Source of the DNA: Eledone cirrhosa
Lineage: Eukaryota
Direction: 5' to 3'
DNA: 64,000 nt
Assembly: GCA_964016885.1 (NCBI GenBank)
Contig: OZ024743.1
Coordinates: forward strand, 121,706,001 to 121,770,000
Positions 51,734 to 64,000 of this stretch are shown piece after piece. A program made the position numbers and the translations under genes. How positions within the stretch are numbered: the first letter of the stretch is position 1; each line of letters starts with the position of its first letter. Under the pieces are notes generated by a model. It ran no database searches, was not told the origin of the DNA, and saw nothing but the letters and a program-made list of their open reading frames with translations.

Positions 51734-52859
51734 CTCTAAACGACAATTAAAATATTTTAAACATCAAAATATTAAAAGTTTATAAATATATTTTCCACTT
51801 CGAAGAATTTCAAAACCGTGCCATCTAAACAATGTGTTGATTAACTGGCTCGGCTTATATGCAGGGTTTGGATTTTTGCCCATTTCTTAGACACAAAGTA
51901 GAGGGTTGGCTTATATTCAAGTAAAACGGTATATATGAAAATAATGCTATGAAGGCTTTAGATGTGGAATGCAATAGCATAGATTACCTTCTTTCAAATA
52001 TTATTTAAAAGTAATTATATGATGTAGTTGATAAATGGCTATCAGTTGAGATATGAAGAACTATTTATCTTCGGTTCCTAAATATAATAACTGGTCCCAT
52101 GTGTGTAAAGTCAACCCAAAAAGATTTTTAAATTTCATCAGTTATCATATATAGGAAATTCACATAAATCATTTAAAAAGCTATATATCAAGTGAATATA
52201 GCCACAAGTCTTTTCACACAGAATACATAATGACTGGAATCAACTATCAAGGGGCTATTTCAAATCAATAACAACTACGCAAATAAAGAATACTCTTACT
52301 GAATATTTCATGAGAATGAAATTTGTGGCAACATTTTGAGCATATTGTAATGCTTGCAACTCTAAGTTAGCAATTATCTCTAAGCTATAAAAAGTAGCAA
52401 AATATTGCTATTACTATTGTTGAAAACCAGAATAGATGTTTTTATGTACTAAGTTTGATGCATCACTATTTTTTAAGTTCAAATCTCATTCAGATGAAAC
52501 TACCTTTATATCCTACTAAGGTTAATATAATGATTATAAGAAAAACACTAGGGCTAGTTCAATACATAAACCATTTCCCATATAAAAATTTTACCTAAGA
52601 TAAATTGTTGTTGTTGGACAAAAATCTTTGCTGTATTATTTTAGCTCTTTACATTTCAAGTTCGAATTCTGCCAAGGTCAACTTAACCTTTCATCCTTAT
52701 AGTGTTGATAAACTAAAGTACCAGTCAAGTACTGGGATCGGTATAATCAACTTTCCCCTTCCCCAACAATTGTTGGTTTGTGCCTAAATTAGACTCTCTG
52801 ATCTCCAAGCTATGCACTCTAATGAGTAACGTTACTCCAAAGACCCTTTGGAAGAACCC

Positions 52860-53230
52860 CATTCGCAATTATATACTTTCGGACATTAACCGAGTTGGTG
52901 CTAAGCCAAAATCCTTCAATGTGGGTGTCGGACTCCAACAAGGGTGCGTACTGTCACTTCGCCTGTTCATAATTTTCATAGACAGGATTGACATGTGCAG
53001 CCAGGTTTAAAGTGGTATCAAGACTGGCGGATGTAGGATCAGTCAGCTGACATGATATTACTTAACTCTTCAGAAGGTGATCTCCAACATTCACTTGATA
53101 GGTTTGCTGCCGAGTGCTGCACAACAGGAATAAAAATCAGTGCTGCAAAGACTGAGACACTCATCCTCTCAAGGAAGCTTGTGAGTGGAGTTCTACTGAA
53201 GCAGGTGGAGAAGTTCAAGGATCTTGGGGC
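52860..53230 (+). mobile_element. LINE RT fragment
   Basis: SFNVGVGLQQGCVLS..LFIIFIDRI...DLQHSLDRF...GIKIS.AKTE...QVEKFKDLG. Confidence 0.75.
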
Positions 53231-53336
53231 TGTGCGTCCCCTATTAATATTATCATTAATTCATTATTATTACCTTTCATCTTTAATCGACTTCCCCCTC
53301 CCCCAACATTTCTGGCCTTGTGCCTATAGTAGAAAT

Positions 53337-54070
53337 CATGTACCCCAGTGTATCCATCCTGGAGCTGTCCAACATGTCCATTGAAGTCCCCTGATAGCAT
53401 AACAATGTCTCTGTCCTCTGTCATTGAGGCTGTTTGTAAAATTTGCTTGTAAAAGCAGTCTTTCTTTTCTTTACCTAGGCCTGCCTGGGGAGCATAGGCA
53501 GAGATGATTGTCAGTAGTCTCTTGCCTACAACTAACCTAAGCTTAATTATTCTATCACTAACTCTAATTACCTCTATTGTCTTATCGATCCACCTCTCAG
53601 TCAGTAATATGCCCACCCCACCTAATCCATCATCATTACCCATCCAGAAAAGCTTATAACTACGATGTTTGCCTGAGATTAGTCTTGCAGAGGCACCTCT
53701 CCATCTCACCTCTTGCACACAGCACACATCCACATGCCTTCTCTCCAGCATCTCCGCTATCTCACCAAATGTACCTCTGAGAGTGCCAACATTAAGTGTG
53801 GCAACTCTGAGATGCGACGTCTCGTTCTTTTTCCTGTTGTGCGATTGCTTGATGACGGTCGTGGAGTTCTCACACATGGCCTCACTAGCCACCCCACTAC
53901 CGTGCGCAGCCCTAACATGGTTAGTGTTATTACTGTTTACGCAGTTGTTGCAAATTTCAATCGTTGTGTTCATAGTGTTTGGCAGTAGTATATATACCGG
54001 TTGGATGCCCTTCCTAACACCAGCACCACTTTACAGCATGGATTGGGTGCTTTTATTCGTGCCACCAGTA
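53337..54070 (-). mobile_element. RTE LINE 5' fragment (5'UTR plus endonuclease N-terminus)
   Basis: ORF from ATG 53973: LRVATLNVGTL...DVCCVQEVRWRG...ISAYAPQ...GDFNGHVG. Broken at ~53337 by a SINE tail. Confidence 0.88.
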
Positions 54071-56341
54071 CTAGAGATTTTGCATTTCTTCATTAGATAA
54101 CAATACTCAATCACTGACAAAAAATATCTGAACTGTATGTCTCTTGATTTTACAATTAACATTAATGGCAATCAGTACAAAGAAATAATCTAAAAGAGTA
54201 ACAAAATCCTATTTTCTTTTACTCAGTGTGTAATGTCAATGATCTTAACAGAAAACAAAAAAAAGTTGTGTTGTGATGATTAGCCACAAGAGGGTGTGAA
54301 AAAACTAAACATTTTACACAAGTAATTTGCTTGGAAAATGGTCCTAAAGTTATACTGGTGAACAAATGTATTGGTTTTGCAATGTTCAGCAAAACTGCTA
54401 ATGAAAATCTCATAAAAACAGAATGTTTTAATGATATTGTGATAAATGTTTTTTTTCTATTATTTCCTAACGTTAAAAGGTATGTGTGCTATGATTGTCA
54501 CATACATAACCATATTTGAATAATAGTCATGTGCTTTGCCTGAGGCTATGGCTATATGAATTTATTGATCACCCATAAAAGTGCTTATCTGACAGGGTTA
54601 TATTCAGCCAATTATTAACATGTTTTAAGAGTATATGATTGCAAACAAACCCAAGAGAAAATATTTGACCCCAACAGATTGGAAAATATCAGTATGTCCC
54701 AAAATGATTGTTTCATTGAATAATCTGAAAATAAAAAAAAACTTGACTGCAAACTTTTCTTCAATCCATTAGGTATTATCATCATTCTATGTTCATTTTT
54801 CCATAGTGGCATGGTTGGACAGGCTGTTACAGAACAAGTCAGTACATAATAATTAGAGCTACTGTCCTCCTAGACAGGTTCATTCTGTCTTGTTTCAGTT
54901 TTTGGCATGGTTTTAATAACTGGTTATCTTTCTTATTTATTTTTCATATCATACAGAAAAGAAAGGAACTGAGCAGATCACATTGTTCTACTGATTTTTG
55001 TTGTATAAGAAAAAAAACAAAGTCATGGTGATAAGGTATATATTACATATGGAATATTTTTGATAGCATCAAAAATATATTAGTATTCACACAATTAAAT
55101 GCATTACAAAAATACATTTCTAACAAACTATACTCAGACTGTTGTCAATGAGAGAGTAATGCACATGTTATTGTTATTGCAATGTTCACTTAAAAACTGA
55201 TTGCTGTTCAAATCAATACAAACAACCGTTATGTTGAATCTTTTAGTATTATACAATTTGATTAGCACCATAGAAAACCATAACCAGTTTCATTCTGATA
55301 ATGGAGTTAACATGAGGAAAAACATTATTCAACTCATCCAACTCTTATTAATATCCAAGAGAAAATGAAAAAAGTAAGTCAAATAATAATTAACCTTGTT
55401 TAATTTTAATTACAAAATATTTAAACTTAATATTTTCAAGTTTAAATAGGGCTAAACAAAATTGATAAGGAGTCAAAAGTATTAAAAACTTTGTTTCAAA
55501 GAGAAAACTTCAGTGTAAGTTATATAAGTTATATAGGCAATGAAGTATGAGAATTAACTGGGAAAATGATGGCAGTTATTGATATCAAGTTTCATGGAAT
55601 TGGGCCAACAAATACTGCAGTCTAACCCTTGCCAATATGGCAAAACCCATACAATGACAGATATAGAAATTAAAAGAAAAATGGGAAATAACATCTAGAA
55701 AAATATAAAATAATTGTAGAACATTAGAAATAAATCAATGTTATGGTATTTAAAAAAATGTGTAAAATAAATGTTAAATTATATAGAATAAGGCCAAGAA
55801 AACAGATCAATGTTTGCCTTCAGAAAATGTTACTATGAAAATGCTTAGAAAAGATAATAACATTGTTTTTTTTTAGCACAACTTTTTATTGTAGTAATAT
55901 ACAAAAAAAAATATGGTTCTTCTCTCCCTTAACCACTCATCAATTATCCACAAAATATTTATTTGTTCTCGATAGATCCCCAGATATACTCTACTAATCT
56001 TTACATATTTAAATAGTATTTGTGTGTATACATAATATACATATATACATATACTAAAGTCTACCTTATATATAGAGAGAGATAATTTCAAATTTCATCG
56101 AATAGTAATATTGATGACAAGAAAGTAAGTTGCAGAAATAACTGCAGCACAGTAGTTATGTATTACTATTTACATTAACCCTTTAGTCATGCTGACAACA
56201 TAATGCCACGAGTGTCCGTGCCATGATGAAATGCACCCCGTATACTCTGTAAAGTGGTTGGTGTTAGGAAGGGCATCCAGTCATAGAAAGCATGCAAAGC
56301 ATATGAATGAGACATAGTTTTCCGACCTATTTAGACTTACA

Positions 56342-57107
56342 CCATGACAACATGTTCCACCTATGACAATGTGTTCAACCCATGACATGTTCCACCTATG
56401 ATGACATGTTCAGTCCATGATGACGTGTTCAGCCCATGATGACGTGTTCAGCCCATGATGACGTGTTCAGCCCATGATGACGTGTTCAGCCCATGATGAC
56501 GTGTTCAGCCCATGATGACGTGTTCAACCCATGACGACGCGTTCAGCCCATGACAACGTGTTCAGCCAATGACGACGCGTTCAGCCCATGACGACGCGTT
56601 CAACCCATGACGACGCGTTCAACCCATGACAATGCGTTCAACCCATGATGACATGTTCAACCCATGACGACGTGTTCAACCCATGATGACGTGTTCAACC
56701 ATGATGACGTGTTCAACCCATGATGACGTGTTCAGCCCATGACGACGCGTTCAGCCCATGACGACGCGTTCAGCCCATGACGACGCGTTCAGCCCATGAC
56801 GATGCGTTCAACCCATGACGACGCGTTCAACCCATGACAATGTGTTCAACCCATGATGACATGTTCCACCCATGACGACGTGTTCAACCCATGACGACGT
56901 GTTCAGCCCATGACGACGTGTTCAGCCCATGACGACGCGTTCAGCTCATGATGACGCGTTCAACCCATGACGACGCGTTCAGCTCATGATGATGTGTTCA
57001 GCCCATGATGACGTGTTCAGCCCATGACGACGTGTTCAACCCATGACGACGTGTTCCACCCATGATGACGTGTTCAGCCCATGATGACGTGTTCAGCCCA
57101 TGATGAT
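56342..57107. repeat. 19-bp minisatellite, about 40 copies
   Basis: Unit CCATGA(C/T)GACG(C/T)GTTCA(A/G)C repeated head to tail. Confidence 0.95.
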
Positions 57108-57118
57108 ATGGAAATAAT

Positions 57119-57423
57119 TGTTTCTACTTTTGGCACAAGGCCAGCAATTACCCAGTGCATTACTGGTACTTTATTTTATTGACCCCGTAAGGATGAAAGG
57201 CAAAGTTAACCTCGGTTAACCATGATGATATGGAAATAATTGTTTCTACTTTAGGTACAAGGCCAGCAATTACCCAATGCATTACTGGTACTTTATTTTA
57301 TCGACCTCGTAAGGATGAAAGGCAAAGTCAACCTCGGCGGGATTTGAACTCAGATCGTAAAGAGACGTAACTATGCTGGAAAGCATGGCGTCCGACCCTC
57401 TACCGATACTGCCAATCCACCGC
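57119..57423 (-). mobile_element. Partial plus full Nin-domain-like SINE sharing one duplicated target site
   Basis: ccatgatgatatggaaataat occurs at 57098-57118, 57220-57240 and 57424-57444, bracketing the two copies. Confidence 0.85.
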
Positions 57424-57759
57424 CCATGATGATATGGAAATAATGATATGATTTACTATAAAGTAAAATGGATAAGCCTGCTTCAATTAGGATCTGAACT
57501 GATTATTCTAGTTTGGAGTATTTGGAAAATTTTTGAGATAAAGCTATATGCATCCAAGTAGAGTCATCTTTAGCTGTGGTAAGAATAAAGTAAATGATGA
57601 TTATGGTGGTGTTGATGGTAACAGTAATAATGATGAGAATAAATCTTGCTATTATTAATATCAACAGTTTACAAATTAATAAAAAGAAAACAAAATTAAA
57701 TTATGTTCTCTAATTCTAAAATGTTACTTAATGCCTCTTTATACATATAAAATTTAGAA

Positions 57760-58250
57760 AGGCTGAGTCAGAATGGGCTGGAAAATGTTCAGAGAGCTAT
57801 TACCTACACTGATAACAAAGAGTGTCTTTCTTAGAGCAAAAAGCAGATTATATGATGCTTGTGTATAACGTACAATGCTGCATGGTAGTGAGACATGAGC
57901 CTTTAATGCAGAGGATTTGTGAAAACGAGAAAGAAAGGAAGCAAATGTATTCTGCTGGATGTATTATATATGAACAATGAAGTTCAAATGAGCTAAGAGA
58001 AAAATGAGATGTAAGAATCAGATATAGGGTGCAAGAGAGATGGCTGTGATGGAATGGGAAGATGGATGACAGCCATATTAAGTACAGGGCAAACAAAGTC
58101 AATGGAACCTGTAGAAGAAGGAAACCCAGGAACACAAGAAGATGAAGTGTTGAAAACTAATCTCAGGATGCTAAATCAATGATTGGCAACAAGCAACGCC
58201 ATAGAAGACCTGCCCACTTGCGCAAGGTAAAACAAATGTTAAAATGATGG
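57760..58250 (+). mobile_element. Degraded RTE C-terminal fragment
   Basis: GWKMFRELLP...RLYDAC..RTMLHGSET...RRRKPRNT, broken by indels. Confidence 0.7.
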
Positions 58251-58885
58251 TAGTGATATAGGCTGAGTGATATAATATATCTAGATTTTGGTCTCTTGCT
58301 AAATATCCATGTACTTCCCCCACATTTTTTATGTCCACTCATCCTTCATCCATTCACTCTATCTAGAGCCAGATTCATTCCTTTTGAGGCTCTAAATATT
58401 TATGGTGTCCACTCAATATATAAAGTCTGCAAAAAATTTTTTTTGTTATGACAAATACATTTAATTTGAATAAAATTGTGACCCTCTTCCTTCAATGATC
58501 TAAGTATGTACTTATTTTGCTTAATGATTAATCCAGCTCTGAGTCTTTCTCCCATTCATTGTACCATACTGCCTGTGTAACTAGAGATGGCATTGGATTT
58601 GTTTGACACACATCTCTGACACTGACTCACTCTCCTATAAAGTGTCCCATGCCACATGTGTAATTAGGGATGTCAGTAGGTTTGTCTATATTCAATCTCC
58701 CCCTGCCCCCTGACTGTACTTCTCTTTCTTATCATAAATGTTATGTATTAGAGATTGTATCAGATCTGTTTATAGCTGATATACCCTACCATCACTGTTT
58801 CTGTGTTGCCAGCTATCTCTGCTTCTTCTTCAGACCATTTTTTATTGACATCCCTCTCTCTCTTATCACCTTTATTACTTTCTCA

Positions 58886-58963
<78 letters not shown>

Positions 58964-60267
58964 TGTAGCTGACATTACTGTCTCTCATTACTCTCAACCA
59001 TTACTCTCTCTGTTCCAGCAGTCTCTCTTACATTAACCCCTCTTTGCTACCCTCTCTCCCAATCATTGTTTCTCCCACTATACTCTTGCTTCTTTGACAC
59101 ACTTACCTTAGTTATTCTATCATTGCTCTCCTTTTTATTCAACCTCTTAGTCCTTCAACCTTGTTTGAAAAGAGTCAACATTGAGTAGTGAGTACACTTT
59201 AGTCTTTCAAGATTCAAAGCAACTTCACTAGGGCTGGATCCACAATAAAATACACCCAGTACACTCTCTGGAGTGGTTGGTATTAGGAAAGGCATTCAGT
59301 TAAAAATGAAATGTATGAACCATACACAGTCCTCCAACCCATCTAGGAGGGCAATATCTTTGAATAAGAGGCTCTGACTGTGATAACCCATCCAACCCAT
59401 GCCAACATGGACAGCAGATGCAACATTATGATGATGATGATAATGATGATGATGACAACAATGATTTTTTTTCTTTCTATTATACTCCCATGGTTCTTGA
59501 CTGCCATCTAACCAGGATAAAATGCTTTAAAATTCAACCTACAACTTTCATCATTACTATCTGGGTCAAAATTAACACCCTAAATTCTTAACTCAGTTAT
59601 ACTACAATCATCATTTAGCTCCAAATGCTAAAGTTCAGTAGCCAACCTAGCGTCACTCAGCTACAACTTATCAAAGAGAATCTCTTTTTTTTTCTTTGCA
59701 CATAAAAAAAAAGAACCTTTTTTTTCTTAAATATAATAAAGAAACATTTTTTAAGTTAAGGTGTTAGACTCATGATCACTAAAACAAGGTGATGTCTTGT
59801 ATCCTTGAGCAAAACACTTCATTTCATATTGCTGTAAGAAGTGATTTCTGTATTATATCTATTTGATGATGCTATCAAGGTATTATTCATTTACCAAGTA
59901 AACATTTTCCAGTTGAGCTATTAATATTCTTTAACACATTGATTGACAATTACAAATACCTACAGGAGAATTTGTTTTGTTTTTTTTGTGTTCTTTTTTC
60001 TAAATTTTTTATTTCATTTAAACAAGCCCAAAAGGTTATAATCATAAGCCACATGCCATCACTCAACAAATGTTTCTTTTTCACTAAAAGGTTGTTTCAC
60101 ATATTAGTTAAGGATATTCCAAGATAACCTCAAGCTGAACTAGACCTTTGTATTTCTGAATCTTTTGAAGTAACACAACAAGATATTAACCCATTCATAA
60201 CCATATTTCATAACAGTATTTCAATTAATGAATAAATTCTAGAGATTTACTAACATTATTATTTCAT

Positions 60268-60475
60268 TAGGCAGTATCGGTAGAATATCAGACACCATGC
60301 TTTGCGGCATAGAGTTATGGCCCTTTACGTCCTAGGTTAAAAAATCTCGTCAAGGTTACCTCTGCCTTTCATCCTTACGGGGTCGATAAAATAAAGGACC
60401 AGTCACACACTGGGGTCGATTTAATCGACTTTCCCCTCCTCCAAAATTGCTGGCCTTGTGCCTATATAAGAAACT
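60268..60475 (+). mobile_element. Nin-domain-like SINE
   Basis: ggcagtatcggtaga...gcctttcatccttacggggtcgataaaataaag...ctggccttgtgcc. Confidence 0.8.
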
Positions 60476-60639
60476 ATTATTAAGATACTAACTATGAAAT
60501 TATGTTGGAAGATTTTAATTTTAATAGGAACCCTTTAAAATGAGTGGTTTGTTTCATAGAATCAGAGCTGGTATGGGGCAGGGTAGTTTCCAAAATACTA
60601 ATATAACAGCTAACCATATGTATAATTTCATATACTTAC

Positions 60640-60792
60640 TTGGGAGATTTTGAAGGTCTTCAGTTGTTGGTTCATGCTTCGCAGGGTTCATTAAGATCTG
60701 ATGAGCTAACCAGCCCCACATCACTTTATTAAAACCATCAAACCATTTTACAGGGCTATAATGTAAATCATTTCCACTCCATAAGGCTACAC
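60640..60792 (-). CDS. Internal coding exon; resembles the C-terminal end of a GH18 di-N-acetylchitobiase (CTBS-like) domain
   Basis: tttctttAG acceptor and GTAAGT donor; 153 bp, phase 1 to phase 1, open frame. Reads (G)VALWSGNDLHYSPVKWFDGFNKVMWGWLAHQILMNPAKHEPTTEDLQNLP. Recalled chitobiase pattern G-I-G-M-W-x4-L-D-Y-S...M-W-x2-L. The exon call is stronger than the product call. Confidence 0.75.
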
Positions 60793-62699
60793 CTAAAGAA
60801 AACCAGAAAAATAATTAAATTCATACTTGACTTATCAGAAAGGTCAATATTGTGGATTTATTCTATAGGAGTAATTAAAAATCAAGTTTGAAAGTTTGTC
60901 TTTTTCTTTTACTTTAAAAATGATTTGAATCAGCTTGCTAAAAATAATAAATTCAATAAACTGAAATGATAAAAACATCATACAGAGTTTAGTCAGAACA
61001 TTTGGTTTGAATTTTGAAATTAGAAGTATGAAGTTTTGACTGAAAAGAAAAAGGAAAATAATTGATAATATAATTAAAAGAAATTAACAAAATATATTAA
61101 AAGAGAAGGTTATTTAAATCTGAAAATGTGTGAGTTGGATAACATTTAGGAAACCAGCATGAAAACCAGGTTTAGAAAAGAATATTTAAAAGGGTTGAGT
61201 TAACCAATGAAAAATAGATGCTAGTTATAAAGGTGTAGATATTATCTTTTCCAAAATATACTAGAGTGGAATAGAATTACATTAATTTGAAGAGGTAGAC
61301 TCCAAAAAATCATGATGATACTTGGAGTATTATATCATAATGTGAAAGTATATTTAAAAATGATGTAATCAAGTATGAAATACCAATGTTGCCAAATATA
61401 GCAACAGCATAGAATCAGTAGAGGCTTGATCAGTTAACAGATTAGACTGCTAGAGAACTATATAGCATGTATTGGTAATATGGCAGTGTTTGATCAATAA
61501 TAATCTCTAATATATCATAATCGAAAAAGAAAATAATTAAAAAAGGAATATACATATATATATATATATATATATAGTAATGAATCTCCTTTCCTATACA
61601 TATCTTCAATCAATTGTCTGACTTTCCTAATACAATCAACATGATCTCCTTTTACGTTTCATTCTCAGCTAATACTGATACTTCTAAAAACTACCTTATT
61701 ACTAATACATATTGTAGTACTATAGCAGTTTAATCTGACGACTGATTTTATGCAGGTGTTGCTATTTTTAGCAACATATATACTTCATACTTGATTACCC
61801 AAAAATGGCTAAATACTACATGCATTACTTTCGTCTATCTACAGAACTAAAAACACAATGTTTCCAAGTGTTTAAAAAAAAAAACATGATTCCATGCAGG
61901 TTGAAAAAGCCAAAGATTTAAAATCTATCGATTACCTACTGTTTCTAATTTATCATTTTATATTTCCAGGTACAACCAAGCCAAAAGGGAACCTCTATAA
62001 ATTGTAGATACATTTCCCTCAAATCACACTCCACCATCCTAAAAAAGGGAAGGACACACATTAGATAATGCAGTCCTGCATCACCACCACCCAATCCCTA
62101 CAAAAAAATATAAAATAGATTGGTCGTGGTTGGAATTCGTTTGTTTGTGGTCTGCTTAATTATGGCTGACCTAGAACTTTATAACCATTGAAAAGAGATT
62201 ATTAACCCTTTCCTTACCATATTTCAAATGAATTTCTATGATTTTCAAATAATTTTGGAGGGATTTAGTAATATAATTAATTTTTAAACTTTCAATGATT
62301 TAACTAAGGTTCTTACATAAAGTTATGATGGAATGTTTTCACATAAATAAAAACACTTTAAATTAAACAGTTTTGCATCATAAAACCAGTTTTCAGTCTG
62401 AAGTTCAAACATTGCTACAAATAGCAACATTAGCCGATTAAACTGTTAAAGTACTACAGCATGTAATTGGAAAACAGCAGTGTTTGGAAGTATCTGTATA
62501 AATTGAAGTTGAGATATGAAAGAAGAACAGGTGAAATATATTTGGAAAGTCAAATAGCAGAGTGAATATATATATAAAATATATATAATGATCAGAGTGG
62601 TTACAACAGCATCACAATTCTGATGATAGTGGCATGGATAACAAGGAAAAATCATACTACAACTACAAGGTGGATGGTAAAACCTGGACATTCCCTTGT

Positions 62700-63650
62700 A
62701 GCATCAACTCTGCTTGACACTGCTGGAAAAGGTGTCAAAAGGTGCTGAAATCATTGAAAACTCCAGTTGACAGTTGATGAAAAAAATGTCTCGCTGTGTA
62801 AACTGTATGAAGAATATATATGAAAGATTTATTGCCAAATATTCAAGTCTCAGCCACTTACTTATACTCTCTGCCACAATCACCCAATATTACATAGTGA
62901 TGAAGACACCTGGTTATTATATGTATGCAATTGGTACAAGGTATTTGTCATCTGGGAATGTCTGCATTGCAAATATTGACTGTGGTGAATAAGTTTCCTC
63001 TCAAAATCTGCTTGTGTTAGCACGACTCTATAAATAAGTACAGGGTGCCTAAAACAAGCTCAAAGCGTTGTATGGACTGTAGGGAAATTATCAAGGGTAA
63101 ATCTGCAGGCTAAAATACCTATAACATCATAACTGGAAATAGCTGTCATGAATCACACAAGTATTTAAGACCATCTCAAATTCAGTTTTGCTCTCTTGTC
63201 TCTCTTTTCACACTGCTGGTCTCTGAGAGAGTTGACGGCTGTCACTCGATTGCAGCCGTCACTGATCATTAATCTTCAGCACGCTAGTAATTTTTATGAG
63301 TTGTTTCCCTTGACACTGCATTATCTATTAAAGGGAGATTACTTATATGGTGCATTTCGTTGCCTGCAACATGCTGAAAGTGAAGGTACTGCTGCAGTCA
63401 GGCCAGTACACTCAACTCAGTAAATCTGCACAAAGCAATATCTTATCTCTAACAACATCTCTGCATTCGTAAATTCCAACATATAACAACAAAATACTAT
63501 TATGAACATTACATTTAATCTGTTGACAAAATATTATTATAAACTATTTACATATTCTGGTTGTGTTATATTTTGCTACATGGCATTGTTGTATAGCATG
63601 CCAAATATAAAAATATAAAAATTAGCAATTCCGTTTTCCTTGTTGGTCTG
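62700..63650 (-). pseudogene. Very old LINE reverse transcriptase relic (CR1/L2/Jockey-like)
   Basis: Minus strand reads LGTLYLF...FPDDK.L...ESISKWLR...LAINLS. 63553-63640 resembles 20260-20350. Confidence 0.35.
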
Positions 63651-64000
63651 TCTCAATTCATCGTGATCCTGATCATTTTTTCAACTACAACTCAGTGACT
63701 AACAACACAACTATGAGCAACACCACAACAACCAACCACATATTTGCTAAAATGGTATCTACCAGCATACTAAAATTACTGTCAAAGGATTATAGATACT
63801 TACTATCATTTGCTAATCACAGGATGCTATGGCACTCTAATTATCTTTAAAGTGTTTCTCTGTCACCACCACAATATCCAAATAAAGTATTTTTAATCTG
63901 GTGTTTTATCTGCTGAGAACTTTACCACATATTTTGGGGGAGATTATCAGATCAGACCAAGGAAACTATTTTTCCACTGATTTTTCTATTGCTGGCATAA

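Noticed and set aside
56342-57107. CRISPR-like regular repeat array
   Set aside because: The 19-bp units are contiguous with no unique spacers, there are no cas genes and the context is eukaryotic.
60697-60720. CTGATGA on the + strand, with similar hits at 28076, 28755 and 49298
   Set aside because: No helix II/GAAA/helix III arrangement follows. The hits fall in an exon antisense strand, a transposase or (GAT)n repeats.

Overview
AT-rich, microsatellite-dense animal genomic DNA. The SINE and RTE repertoire suggests a mollusc, probably an octopod cephalopod; this is an inference. Most short ORFs in the track are microsatellite or antisense artefacts. One host gene is supported: two phase-compatible minus-strand exons (60640-60792 and 48525-48679) encoding the end of a GH18 di-N-acetylchitobiase-like domain, then a transmembrane helix and a short tail. 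The rest is mobile DNA: two Penelope-like elements, an RTE LINE with a PHD finger plus several RTE fragments, a CRE-like LINE, two Helitrons, a Tc1/mariner relic, hAT and pogo-type MITEs, a foldback element, many SINEs and a 19-bp minisatellite. The most notable signal is six type-I hammerhead ribozyme motifs from five apparently unrelated sequence families, all on the + strand. They lie at about 1982, 2353, 3256, 25821, 36795 and 37799. All have a palindromic or near-palindromic helix III, and several have a very long helix II. Two of the families sit in non-coding tandem units of 1004 bp and 320 bp with retrozyme-like architecture, predicted to release self-cleaved, possibly circular RNA monomers. 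All pairings and translations were read by eye. Coordinates of degraded repeats are approximate.
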